Origin: a virus
Reading direction: 5' to 3' (one strand)
DNA length: 64,000 nucleotides
Virus record (IMG/VR): IMGVR_UViG_3300031369_000002
Location: 24,666-88,665 of that record
Part shown: piece after piece, positions 31,393 to 42,007 of the stretch
Layout: each line of letters opens with the position of its first letter
Position numbering within the stretch: position 1 is the stretch's first letter
The notes under the pieces: generated by a model
Told to the model about the DNA's origin: nothing
Database searches by the model: none
Seen by the model: the letters and a program-made list of their open reading frames with translations, nothing else
Translations under genes and position numbers: made by a program

Positions 31393-32271
31393 TCATAATT
31401 TAATTCTCCCATCTTCCATAGGTCTATCAATAGGCTTTTCCGCTTCTTTAGCAGCAGGACAAAAAGCCTTTACGGGGCATTGATAGCAATTAGTTTTATC
31501 ATAATTCAAAAGCCATTTACCAGTATGAAGAGAACTACCTATCACCCCTATAGCTTTTTTAACTCTCTCATATAACTTTTTAAAATCCTCACTTTCAAAA
31601 GACAAAGTAACTACCTTATCTTTTCTTAAAGGTACGATAAAACCACATTTAGTCACTTTCCACCCTGCCAAAGTACCCATCATGGTATAATAACAGATTT
31701 GATCCTCATCCATAAATCTGGCTGAACTGGTAACTTTAAGATCATAAACTACTTTATCATCCTCATCGTACAAATCTAAAACACCAGTTAAGAAAACATT
31801 TTTATAAGCTTTTAATTTTATTTTCCATTTAGTTTCATTTCTTAAAGCCTTCTCAGTAAAACCAAAATCAATAAAAACATCCTCTATAGCCTGAGCATTA
31901 ACTACAGACTTCTCTCGCATATTATTAATATCCTGAGCATTTAAAGGAATAACATTATGCTTTTTTAAATACAAATCAAATAGCTTTGTAGCTATAGACT
32001 GCATATAGCCTATAATTAAGTTACCATCTTCATCTCTACCATTAGCAAGCCATTCCTCAAGACAAGAATGGCCTACAGAACCTAAACAAAAATTCCTCTC
32101 ATTAAAATCCTTAGGCTTCCAATACATTATATTTTGCATAAAATATCTACCTGGACAATACTCCAAAGACTTAAAAGAACTATAAGACAACTTTAAAGGT
32201 CTATTATTAAAATAATTTATCTTATAATTATAATCTTTAGAATCTAAATTTTTTACCTCTAAATACACCAA
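31393..32271 (-). CDS. PD-(D/E)XK nuclease (AddB/Cas4-like, Fe-S Cys)
   Basis: LSYSS...CP, GSVGH, LTGVLD, VYDLK, QICYY, CYQCPVKAFC. Confidence 0.88.
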   Translation of the reverse strand: MVYLEVKNLDSKDYNYKINYFNNRPLKLSYSSFKSLEYCPGRYFMQNIMYWKPKDFNERNFCLGSVGHSCLEEWLANGRDEDGNLIIGYMQSIATKLFDLYLKKHNVIPLNAQDINNMREKSVVNAQAIEDVFIDFGFTEKALRNETKWKIKLKAYKNVFLTGVLDLYDEDDKVVYDLKVTSSARFMDEDQICYYTMMGTLAGWKVTKCGFIVPLRKDKVVTLSFESEDFKKLYERVKKAIGVIGSSLHTGKWLLNYDKTNCYQCPVKAFCPAAKEAEKPIDRPMEDGRIKL

Positions 32272-32272
32272 A

Positions 32273-33355
32273 TCACCCCTTTACCTTTTCTAATATTTCT
32301 ACAGCTTTTTCCTTTACTGCATGATAAAATTCTAGAGCCTGATCCTCAGACGCAGGATCAATCTCAGGATTATAAGCCTCAAATAATATTTCCTCTCCTA
32401 TAGCTTTAATAGCCTCCTCAGTAGAAAAAATACCAAAAGAGGTCTCATTAACATTATCTAATAAAGTTTTGATAGACTCATCAATTTTATTATCAGAGCT
32501 TTCCTCTTTAAATACATCCTCTACTACAGGGATTTCCACTTCTTTATAACTTAAACTTATCTTCTTATTTTTATTGGTTACATCAAACAACAAAAATTTA
32601 GGCTTTCTTCCCTTATCATCTATAGAAGTTCTGGAAACACTTCCTACTTGTGCAAAAGTAGTAGTTTTATTATTTAAAGTACTTTCCCATATGCCCTTAT
32701 CATCATGCATATGGGCTATTAAACCTAAATCAAACTCCCCCGCTAAATCATCAGCAGGAATCACCTCATAAGGATAAACTTTCTTATCCTTAACAATAGG
32801 CTGATGTAATAAAGCAATATCATAATACTTTCCAGTAAAAGAATTAATAGCACTTGATTTTTTATACTCTTTAATTTTATTTAAGACTTCATCAGTTTTA
32901 TTATAGGTATCACTTAAAGGCAATACCCTAATTAATAACTCTGTATCCTCATCAACTATCTCAAAATCAGGGTTTATTATATAAGGTTCTTCTAAAAATC
33001 TAACCATAGGATGTTTTAAAATAGTACCTATAGGCCTTTTATTTATAGTTTCTAATCTCCCATAACTAATGTCATGAGAACCCACTATAAATAATATAGG
33101 GCATGGAAATTCATCTAAAACCTTTAAAATTTTATTGACTAAACCATGCGATATTTTAGAAGCTATTTTAGAATGAAATAAATCCCCACCAAAAACAACA
33201 TACTCAGCATTAACCTTAAGGCAAGTCTGAGCTATAAATAACAACTTTTCTATTATTGCATCACTATAAGATTCATCCTTACGAGATGCAGGAGCGACAT
33301 CCGCAAGATGGACATCGCTAAACCAACAAAATATCATTAAGACAACCCCTTTCAA
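32273..33355 (-). CDS. SbcD/Mre11-like metallophosphoesterase nuclease
   Basis: SDVH, GGDLFH, GSHD, AHMH, VGS motifs. Confidence 0.9.
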   Translation of the reverse strand: MKGVVLMIFCWFSDVHLADVAPASRKDESYSDAIIEKLLFIAQTCLKVNAEYVVFGGDLFHSKIASKISHGLVNKILKVLDEFPCPILFIVGSHDISYGRLETINKRPIGTILKHPMVRFLEEPYIINPDFEIVDEDTELLIRVLPLSDTYNKTDEVLNKIKEYKKSSAINSFTGKYYDIALLHQPIVKDKKVYPYEVIPADDLAGEFDLGLIAHMHDDKGIWESTLNNKTTTFAQVGSVSRTSIDDKGRKPKFLLFDVTNKNKKISLSYKEVEIPVVEDVFKEESSDNKIDESIKTLLDNVNETSFGIFSTEEAIKAIGEEILFEAYNPEIDPASEDQALEFYHAVKEKAVEILEKVKG

Positions 33356-33781
33356 AATTTAACTGAATTCATCCTCTGACTCCCATTTAGTAGCGTTACA
33401 TTTAGAGCATTCAAACTCATACTCTACTTTTCCATTGCTATTGCTAATCCTGGTATTCCCAGTTTCTAACCATAAGTGCGAACATGCCATTAATCACACC
33501 TCCTTATCTATATTAATCTTCTTCTACCCATTTAACTATATGACACTTAGAGCATTCTACCTCAAACTCATTTTTACCAGTAGACTTATTAACTCTAACC
33601 TCACCAGTCTCTTGCCAATCATGAGAACAACCCATAATTAAACCTCCTAATATTTCTCTATAACTACTTTCTCCTCATTGCAATTATCACATTTATAAGT
33701 ACAAATATGATCTTCGCCTTTATCCTCTATATCAGTTAAGATCATATCCTTGCCACAGCATACAGGAGTATCCGCCATAAG

Positions 33782-35017
33782 TCACACCTCCTCATTATCT
33801 AATGGCTTATTACATACAGGACACAAAGGATTTTCTTTTATAAAATCCCTTAAGGCTATTTTTCTTTTGTCTAGCTCCACCATAACAACATCTTTCTTAT
33901 CTCTGGACTTACTTAAAAGCTTCTCAGTTCTATCTATTTGTGCAATAGCCCTTTTACTATCAAGATAAGAAGAAATATCAGGCAACTTAATAAGATTAAT
34001 AACATTTAACTTGGCTAAACTATCCTCAGAAACTTTTACTTTTTGAGAAATTACCACCAAATTTTTAATTATCTCAATTAGTTTATTATACCGATCAACC
34101 ATATTAAAAAGCCTGTTAATTTCAATATTTTCTGTATTTCTCCAATGAGCAACTTCATCATAAGTCTTATCCATAAATACTTTTAATTGCTCTAATTTTA
34201 AGGTTATATCACTAAAAACATTTACAGCAAATAATTTATCATTTAATACTTTTAAATTAGTTTCTAACCCCTTTAAAGTTGTTTTAAGATTATGCACAAC
34301 TACAGCATTATTTTTCATTGACTGAGAATAGACAATTAAATTTTTCTCTATCTCAGCCAAAGCCTCTAAAGCCTTAATTTTATTTTGTACTTTTTCTCTA
34401 GAGTCTTTTAAAACCTCTAAAAACTTCCTTTTACTTTCTAACTGTGAATATTGCTCTTTGTCTCCTCTTAATACAATTAAATCTTTTTCTCTAATAAGTT
34501 TCAATTTATTTTTATTTACTTTTTCCTTATTAGCCTCTTTATTAGCAGCTATTAGAAGATTTACATTAGTAATCTCCCCTAATATTTTTGCTACCATAGA
34601 GCCAGAAGCATCACAAAGAAAAGGTAAGTCAAACTGTCTATCAAAATTAACTAAAAACTTACTGCCATCAATAGAAATTTCACTCATCTGCAAAAAATGA
34701 GTTACTTCCTCAGGACAACCCCTGCCAACATTTTTCAAGAGTTCACCATCAACAGCATAATTATTTATATTTTTACCTTTGACCCATTCCACCACATGAC
34801 CATCTAAAGTCATAGAAATATGAGTCTTATTAGACCCAGCAGGTAAATAAGACCAATCTGAACCACACACAGCACTATTAGTGACCATAGACTCCAAAGC
34901 ACGAATTAAGGCACTTTTCCCGCAATTTGATTGTCCAATAATAGCAGTAAATTTACCAGGCTCTATAACAACATCAGATAAAGACTGGTAATTTTTTATA
35001 TCTATTCTTTCCAGCAT
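33782..35017 (-). CDS. SbcC/Rad50-like ATPase, N-terminal half ending at the zinc hook
   Basis: IKNYQS, Walker A GQSNCGKS, Q-loop, long coiled coil, terminal CPVC. Confidence 0.88.
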   Translation of the reverse strand: MLERIDIKNYQSLSDVVIEPGKFTAIIGQSNCGKSALIRALESMVTNSAVCGSDWSYLPAGSNKTHISMTLDGHVVEWVKGKNINNYAVDGELLKNVGRGCPEEVTHFLQMSEISIDGSKFLVNFDRQFDLPFLCDASGSMVAKILGEITNVNLLIAANKEANKEKVNKNKLKLIREKDLIVLRGDKEQYSQLESKRKFLEVLKDSREKVQNKIKALEALAEIEKNLIVYSQSMKNNAVVVHNLKTTLKGLETNLKVLNDKLFAVNVFSDITLKLEQLKVFMDKTYDEVAHWRNTENIEINRLFNMVDRYNKLIEIIKNLVVISQKVKVSEDSLAKLNVINLIKLPDISSYLDSKRAIAQIDRTEKLLSKSRDKKDVVMVELDKRKIALRDFIKENPLCPVCNKPLDNEEV

Positions 35018-35314
35018 AAGACTCCTCCTAATCTTTTTTTATACCATTAAAACTTATAAGCATATCATTAGCCTTTTTATCAATCATAACTCTCACATTA
35101 TTTTTATTAATCTCTTCTAACTCATCCAACCCCTTTAATAAAATCCCTTTATAACTTTTAACGACCTGACATCTTATCAGGTCATTAAAAGCACTATTTT
35201 TTACTACATTTACTTTATTATATAAAGACTTACTACAGACTTTTAAAAGTATAATCTGAATAAGCATCCATAATAAAGTTACTCCTACCACTACACATAA
35301 GATATAGAATTGCA

Positions 35315-36340
35315 TTAATCTACATCCAATAAACTCTGGCAAGTAGGGCAAAAAGTAGAATGTTCAGCTACGCCACTAGCTAACATTTGAAGGGATTGCG
35401 TCATATTAGGATTGTCTACAAATTCACCAGAATTAGCTGCAGAGGTTATAGCATTAAAAACATCATACATATTTTTAATTTCCCCCGCATTTATAATCTC
35501 ATCAGTTATGGCCTCTCTTAATTTAGAGGACACACTAAACTCGCTAAATATATTTCTTAATAGAACAGAACCATGATCATTAATAGGAATCTCTTGTAAA
35601 TGCTTAATTCTTTCAAACTCAGAAGTAATCTCCGTCTGAGCTTGCGTAACACTATTTTTTACCCATTCTTCCAAATGTTCGCTATTAGAACGCCTTGACC
35701 ATTTAGATAGAATATTTTGCGATATCATACCGTTAGAACAAACTAAACGATATACATAGCCTGAAATAGTAAAAACCTTTTCTCCAAGAATATGATCTTG
35801 CACAGAAATACCACCTCTAACTACATCACCTACATTCATAGCCTCTTCTTGATTTGAGACTACAGAGTAATACAATCCTCTATCAAAGCTATGATGCACC
35901 TTATCATAAAGCAAATTATCTTTTTCCAAACTAGTAGGAGCCAAAGTATCCTCAATAATTTCAAGGACCTTAACCCTACTATAATAATCAGTTGAGCCTT
36001 TAATAAAAGACACCACATTATCCCCAGCAATTAATAATTTTCCATCATCTGACTTAGTATTAAACCAATGATTAAAATGAGGATTCATTAAATGTAAAGA
36101 TTCATCATTGAATTTTTTTACATAAGTAGCAGGTACACCGCAAATCCTAGAAGCTTTAATAAAAGCCTCCTTAGACAATTTAAATTCATTATTATCCAAA
36201 CGGAATAACATATTATTCGCACTGTCTTTAGTAAACTCTATCTTATTACTACCCATTCTAAAGGGTACTTCTTTAAAGCCATCAGTAGGCTTTAATAATT
36301 TAACCACGTCATCTCTAGAAAAAACTTTATCATTTCTCAT
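35315..36340 (-). CDS. DUF932/DUF945-like protein
   Basis: YRLVCSNGM motif; NMYDVFNAIT. Confidence 0.75.
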   Translation of the reverse strand: MRNDKVFSRDDVVKLLKPTDGFKEVPFRMGSNKIEFTKDSANNMLFRLDNNEFKLSKEAFIKASRICGVPATYVKKFNDESLHLMNPHFNHWFNTKSDDGKLLIAGDNVVSFIKGSTDYYSRVKVLEIIEDTLAPTSLEKDNLLYDKVHHSFDRGLYYSVVSNQEEAMNVGDVVRGGISVQDHILGEKVFTISGYVYRLVCSNGMISQNILSKWSRRSNSEHLEEWVKNSVTQAQTEITSEFERIKHLQEIPINDHGSVLLRNIFSEFSVSSKLREAITDEIINAGEIKNMYDVFNAITSAANSGEFVDNPNMTQSLQMLASGVAEHSTFCPTCQSLLDVD

Positions 36341-36383
36341 ATAACAACCTCCATTTTTTTATTAAATATTATACCTATAAAAT

Positions 36384-37607
36384 CTATAAAGAGACTGTTT
36401 TATTTTTATTATTTGTCTCTTCTAATAATTCCTCAGGCAACTCTTGAATCGGTCCATCTTCGACTAAAGCGTAACTATCCTCTATTTCCGTTCTAGTCTC
36501 CATATACTTCATATCTTTATCAATGGCATCTTGTAAATCCTTTGATAAAACTTTAAAACCTTTAACCCCAGCCTCTCTAAAATATGTGCATACTTTTTCC
36601 AAGCCTTGAATATTTTTTTCCTCTTTATCATGCCTATATTTAGCAGGCACTTTTAAAAAGGCTCCATTCTTTTTAATCATTTTTCTATCAATAGCCACAA
36701 GTATAATAGACATTACATCATCTACACCTATACCATAGCGAATAATAAACTCACAAGACCTAAAAGGCGGGGCAACTTTATTTTTAATAAGTTCACATTT
36801 AATTTTAGTGGCCACTAATCCATCTTCCCACTCACCTTTTATCGCATTAAATATTTTACCTTTTACTCCACCTATCTTAGTAAATTTTAATCTCATAGTA
36901 GAATAAAATTTTAAAGCAGACCCACCAGGAGTCGTCTCTTTTTTAATTCCCTTTGCCTTTTCAAAAGGAGTCATAGGCAAGCCAATCCTCAATTGATTTA
37001 TAAAAGCAAAAGCTACATTAGTAGTTGAACATATACCCGCCAACTTCTTTAAAGTCTGAGCCATAATCCTAGCACCATGAGCGACACCACCTGCAGTAGG
37101 ATCACCAATCTCCCCTTCCATTTCAGCCTGAGTCTTCATAGCTGCAACGGAATCAGCTATAACCAACCCTATAAACCCAGTTTTCATATAGAACTCAGCT
37201 ATACGAAATCCTTGCTCCATATATGTTGGTTGTACATAAATAAACTTATCATCCGATAAATCTACTCCTTGAGCGATCATATATTTTTTATCAAGAGCAT
37301 GCTCATAATCTAAATACAACACAGCTTTTTTTAAAACCTTTTGACATTGTACAGCACAACTACTCATCACCGTAGTCTTACCCGAACTCTCTAGACCATA
37401 ACATTCTATAATACGGCCTAAAGGTATGCCTCCAATACCAGTTATATAATCTATTAAAAAGCTACCTGTAGAAATATGAGGCATAGGTTTAACTTTGCCC
37501 TCCAAAGATATTATAGTGTCATCACCCTCAATACCTAAAATATGTTTTTTAGCATCGTCCAAAGTTTTTATAACAGTTTTAGCCATTACTATCCTCCTCT
37601 TTAACAC
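36384..37607 (-). CDS. recA: RecA recombinase
   Basis: ISTGS, GGIPLGRIIECYGLESSGKTT, DSVAAM, FINQLR, TPGGSALKFY, KNKVAPPF. Confidence 0.95.
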   Translation of the reverse strand: MLKRRIVMAKTVIKTLDDAKKHILGIEGDDTIISLEGKVKPMPHISTGSFLIDYITGIGGIPLGRIIECYGLESSGKTTVMSSCAVQCQKVLKKAVLYLDYEHALDKKYMIAQGVDLSDDKFIYVQPTYMEQGFRIAEFYMKTGFIGLVIADSVAAMKTQAEMEGEIGDPTAGGVAHGARIMAQTLKKLAGICSTTNVAFAFINQLRIGLPMTPFEKAKGIKKETTPGGSALKFYSTMRLKFTKIGGVKGKIFNAIKGEWEDGLVATKIKCELIKNKVAPPFRSCEFIIRYGIGVDDVMSIILVAIDRKMIKKNGAFLKVPAKYRHDKEEKNIQGLEKVCTYFREAGVKGFKVLSKDLQDAIDKDMKYMETRTEIEDSYALVEDGPIQELPEELLEETNNKNKTVSL

Positions 37608-37934
37608 AATCCTTAATTCCTTGATAATTACATGTGCCTACTTGAGTCAGATCATACTTACTTTTAGGTCCATATCTAAAATAAGTACATCCCGAACATT
37701 TAGCCCAGCACTCTTGTATTTCTCCTAAATCTCTACCCATTAATAACAACTCCTCATTTATCAAACTCCTTCTTACAATCAGGACAATATTCTGCCCAAT
37801 CGTCAGAATTAATCCCTACTTTTATACTTTTCCAACCGTTATCTTTCTTATAGTCCACAGCTTCCCCAAAAGAATCTACTTCTACTCTCAGACCACAGCC
37901 ATCACACTCTAAAAAGTACTGCCCTCTAATATTA

Positions 37935-38621
37935 TCAATCATTATTTTTCACCTCCAAAAGACTATATAAAACATCATCATTTAACAATAAATCCTTATT
38001 ATCCATTAATCCATTTTTAGTTTTAGGATTAACAAATATCTTTTTCCTAATTGGAGACAATATATCCATAGAAACACCCATTAAGAAAAAACAATAATAA
38101 ACTCCTATTACACCATGTACAAAAGCATCAGTACAATCAGACCTTTCCTTCGCATAATGCCTGGTTGACTCATACTTAAACTCTTTTTTAACCCACTCAA
38201 CAATAAGCCTCTTAGCAGCTCCACCTTTAGGAGCTTTCTTGCCATCAGCAATAAAACTTCTAAACTTAGCAGGATTATTTAAAAGCATACTAAATTTACG
38301 CTCATAATGAAAAGCCCTGATAATACCATTAAACTCTGCTATAGAAAAGGCTACATGACTCATATTGTTAATGTAATCCTCATTAACTATTAAATCTATG
38401 CCATTATATTTCTCATCCATAGCCCAGGTAAACTCAAAAACACCCTCAGCATTCTTATACCTAGATTTAAAATTATTCTCTATAGTAAAAGACTTCTCAG
38501 CTAAAGATTTAAATTTTATATCATTTCCAGTAAATTCACCTCTAACTAAGTTCAAACCTGAACTAATAGAGGCTATATCCTGGCCCACTACATAAACAAA
38601 TTTTTTCATTTTATCCTCCAA
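37935..38621 (-). CDS. RuvC-like Holliday junction resolvase
   Basis: VGQDIASISSG, IVNEDY, DCTDA acidic residues; next to recA. Confidence 0.7.
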   Translation of the reverse strand: MEDKMKKFVYVVGQDIASISSGLNLVRGEFTGNDIKFKSLAEKSFTIENNFKSRYKNAEGVFEFTWAMDEKYNGIDLIVNEDYINNMSHVAFSIAEFNGIIRAFHYERKFSMLLNNPAKFRSFIADGKKAPKGGAAKRLIVEWVKKEFKYESTRHYAKERSDCTDAFVHGVIGVYYCFFLMGVSMDILSPIRKKIFVNPKTKNGLMDNKDLLLNDDVLYSLLEVKNND

Positions 38622-38670
38622 AAAATTTAAAGCCTATATAAATAAACTATATAGGCTTTATAATATAAAA

Positions 38671-39837
38671 CTATGAATTTAATAAGCTATCAAAATCCAC
38701 CGTATCCGCTTTAACATTATCAGCAGGATTACTACCAATATTATCAAGCAAATCAGGCACATTATTAGTAGCAGGGGCATTATTGCTAAGTACATTATTA
38801 TCCACTTTAGATAAATCTTTTGCCCCTCCATTAGTAACTAGCCCAGGATTTTGACCTTGATTATTGCTAGGTACATTATTGCCTAATAAATCATCAAAAT
38901 TAGTGCTAGATACATTATTATTAGCAACATTAGTAGGCCCACTATTTGAAACATTAGGCACATTAATCGCAGGAGTCTGGTTTTGAACATTAGGCACATT
39001 ATTAACAGGAGTTTGATTTTGTACATTAGGCACAACATTATTAACAGGAGCCGTATTATTACCTAGCAAAGCAGAAAAATCTGTATTAGCAGGAATATTA
39101 GGCTGACCTTGATTAACAGGAGGAGTAACACCCTGAGCAGCACCATTCAATATACTATTAATATCCGTATTAGCATATTGAGGCACAGTAGTAGAAGAAC
39201 CAACAGCATCATTTATAACTTTGTCTATCTCTTCTAATTTGCTAACATCTCGACCTAATAATCTCCTCATATCACCACCATATTTATGCATGATATTTTT
39301 ATACTCCGCTACAACCTGAGCCTTTAGATTAGCATCACTAAGCCATAAAGCCTCAGGTAAAACATCCATTCTAAATTTTTGGTACTGTTTACCCAAACAC
39401 TCAACAAGGATATCTCTTAATCTCAAATCTCCCCATTGCTCTTTCTTATTAACTAAGTCATTAAATTTATCATCCCCAAAAAGCCAAGGGATAATCTCAA
39501 AGCTTATAGGAGGACCTATAGGCATACCCGCTTTATTTGTTCTATACGATACTAACCAAGTAACAAATCTTCTCCTGGCAGGTTTAACAGCTTTACTATT
39601 CTCAGCAGCTTTGCAAAAACGACATTTTCCATCACTGCCAGTGTCTAGCAAAGTTTGATAATCACCATGACAAATAACATACCCAAACTCCTCAACCCAA
39701 TGGGTATACTCAACCTCAATATCTTGCTCAATCAAGGCTATTCTTGCTTTATAATCTTTATCAAGTTTAAAATTCTCCAAATCAAAAATATTATTTGATT
39801 TTTGACTTTCATTAAAGCCTACTTTCATATAAAACAC
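38671..39837 (-). CDS. single-stranded DNA-binding protein (gp32-like) with long Asn/Pro/Val-rich tail
   Basis: THWV...C...CRFC zinc-site-like residues, position in the recombination cluster, acidic/hydrophobic C-terminal motif DFDSLL. Confidence 0.7.
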   Translation of the reverse strand: MFYMKVGFNESQKSNNIFDLENFKLDKDYKARIALIEQDIEVEYTHWVEEFGYVICHGDYQTLLDTGSDGKCRFCKAAENSKAVKPARRRFVTWLVSYRTNKAGMPIGPPISFEIIPWLFGDDKFNDLVNKKEQWGDLRLRDILVECLGKQYQKFRMDVLPEALWLSDANLKAQVVAEYKNIMHKYGGDMRRLLGRDVSKLEEIDKVINDAVGSSTTVPQYANTDINSILNGAAQGVTPPVNQGQPNIPANTDFSALLGNNTAPVNNVVPNVQNQTPVNNVPNVQNQTPAINVPNVSNSGPTNVANNNVSSTNFDDLLGNNVPSNNQGQNPGLVTNGGAKDLSKVDNNVLSNNAPATNNVPDLLDNIGSNPADNVKADTVDFDSLLNS

Positions 39838-39843
39838 CTCTCC

Positions 39844-40338
39844 TCATTTTAATTCTAAATTATTATACCCCAAGCGAATTAAATTAGACTGTAAAAGTAA
39901 ATCATTTTTACAAGATTCTAAATATTTCATTCTACTTACAGCTATATCTAAAAACATAACCAGATCAGCCACAGCATTTTCAAAAGTCTTAAGTCTAATC
40001 CTATAGTCCAAAAGACTTGGGTCACTTCTATAAGTAGCCTCTCTTTCATGATAAGAATAACCTTTATTTATCATTCCTTGAGGTTTAACCTTTAATTTGT
40101 CTAGGCCCTCCTCATAAAGAGCCTTAATTTCCTCAGCCCTTACAATAAACTTTCTTTTAATGTATTTAGCCTCAGATAATAAAAACTCTAAACGGCTCAT
40201 AAAGCCTCTTACTTTTTCTACTTCACTAAAAAGTACCTCATAACCTTTAGCACTAAAATCCGCCGAAGAGTTAAAAGTCATGCCTCTTATTTCATCATAC
40301 CATTTAGCGATTAAAGCCTCTAAATTTTCTTTGTCCAT
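39844..40338 (-). CDS. UvsY-like recombination mediator (helical)
   Basis: Helical protein, EREATYRSDP segment, adjacent to SSB. Confidence 0.5.
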   Translation of the reverse strand: MDKENLEALIAKWYDEIRGMTFNSSADFSAKGYEVLFSEVEKVRGFMSRLEFLLSEAKYIKRKFIVRAEEIKALYEEGLDKLKVKPQGMINKGYSYHEREATYRSDPSLLDYRIRLKTFENAVADLVMFLDIAVSRMKYLESCKNDLLLQSNLIRLGYNNLELK

Positions 40339-40350
40339 ATAATCAATCCT

Positions 40351-41133
40351 CTATCCAAAATAATTACCTAACTCCCAATTACTTTCAACTCTACATTGCC
40401 AATAATCTGCCATATGCAAAGCCAATCCTAAAGGAGTCTCAGCCTGAGCAACATGCTTACCCTCTGGAACATACATGCCATCATGATAGGCTATAGCAGC
40501 CCATATCTCAGGAGACGGCTTCCAAATATCACTTAAAACCATAGCTATAAAATGGAGACTTCCCAAAGGTACTGACATGCGGGTTATAAAATTCTTATCC
40601 TTATTCCTTTCATACTTAAATTCCCCAGGCTTAGTTTTCAAAGCTTTTTTAAGATAATAAGGACTAACCCACAAATCATTTTTATCCTCTGACTTTATCT
40701 CCCTTTCAACTCCCGCACCCTTCAAATATTTAATTTGCACTTGCCCAGCTTTACCAAGATCGTGAAGCATAGCAGCCAAAACAACATCTAATAAATTGTT
40801 AGCATTAATAATGCCATAAGCTCCATCAAGAGCTAATAATCTAAATGTAACACCTAAAGAATGCCTAAATAAACCTAAAGGCACATTTAAATGAAACTTA
40901 CAAGAAGCAGGAGCCAAAAAGAAATCCGAATACTTCCCAACTCTATCCATCACCTTATCAAAAACTGAATTTGCTACAATTTCAGTTTTCAAATACTTAT
41001 AACTATCAAACAAATCCGTTTCCTTCATAGCTGGACATAAGTCCGCCATAACTTTATATGACCTCTTATTCAAATTATTACTACCTTCTTTAATATTACA
41101 CATATAATTTCCTCCTAGTTTTAATTTCAACAT
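40351..41133 (-). CDS. HD-domain phosphohydrolase
   Basis: APASCKFH, GLFRHS, LHDLGK, YHDG, LHMAD. Confidence 0.88.
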   Translation of the reverse strand: MLKLKLGGNYMCNIKEGSNNLNKRSYKVMADLCPAMKETDLFDSYKYLKTEIVANSVFDKVMDRVGKYSDFFLAPASCKFHLNVPLGLFRHSLGVTFRLLALDGAYGIINANNLLDVVLAAMLHDLGKAGQVQIKYLKGAGVEREIKSEDKNDLWVSPYYLKKALKTKPGEFKYERNKDKNFITRMSVPLGSLHFIAMVLSDIWKPSPEIWAAIAYHDGMYVPEGKHVAQAETPLGLALHMADYWQCRVESNWELGNYFG

Positions 41134-42007
41134 TTTCCTAATTCCAATAAAGAATCAATAATTCTTTTTTGTTCTTGATATTCCACAGAATCCTGCCGTA
41201 AATACCCTATAGCAACTTTAAATAAAAGTAGCTGCAATAAAGCTTTACCCTGCAAATATTTTAATTGCACATCAGGATCACGCCCATTAATAATAGGATA
41301 ATCATTACTATCTATTTCAACATGAAACTCCATCATCTCATATTGCTTACCTATATTGCATTTACAACCCATACTAATAGTCATAAAACCACTCCTACCT
41401 TTTACTTATATTAATTACATTATATTTAATCTCCTCCTTACAATGAGGACAAACAGCCACTATAGAAAAACTTCCCTTCCTATAAAATTCCCTCCTGTCT
41501 ATAGTGGTCAATGTCATAATAAAAGTATACTTTTTAACATCAGCAGGTAATTTATCACACATATGATCTCTTACCAACTTAGAAGGAAATTTCTTAAGTC
41601 TAACAATCTTTACTTGCATTAAAAAGCTCCTTTTTCTTTTCACACTCAGGACAAAAACACCCTTTATCCTCAAGCCAAACCCACTCATTATCTAAAATTG
41701 GAGTCTGATTACAATTATTAAAACCTCTAACATCCATACCCATAGAACATATATTTTTATTCATCTATCATAACCTCCATCAAAATTTATAATAATAATT
41801 TCCTTTGCTGCCTCTTCCATAGTCCTATAATATTCTTCTAAAGATACCTGACAAAGAGAACATATTTCTCTATCCTCATTTTTACACTCAGGATTCAAAG
41901 GACATTTCAAATCCTCCATAAATTCCCCTCCCTTTTTCTAACTAAAATATTATACCTATAAAAATAGAAAAAAGACAGTTAAGATTAAAAAATCTTAACC
42001 GCAAACA

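Noticed and set aside
31393-32271. Cas4-like nuclease as part of a CRISPR-Cas locus
   Set aside because: No cas genes or array; it lies in a recombination cluster as is usual for phage PD-(D/E)XK nucleases
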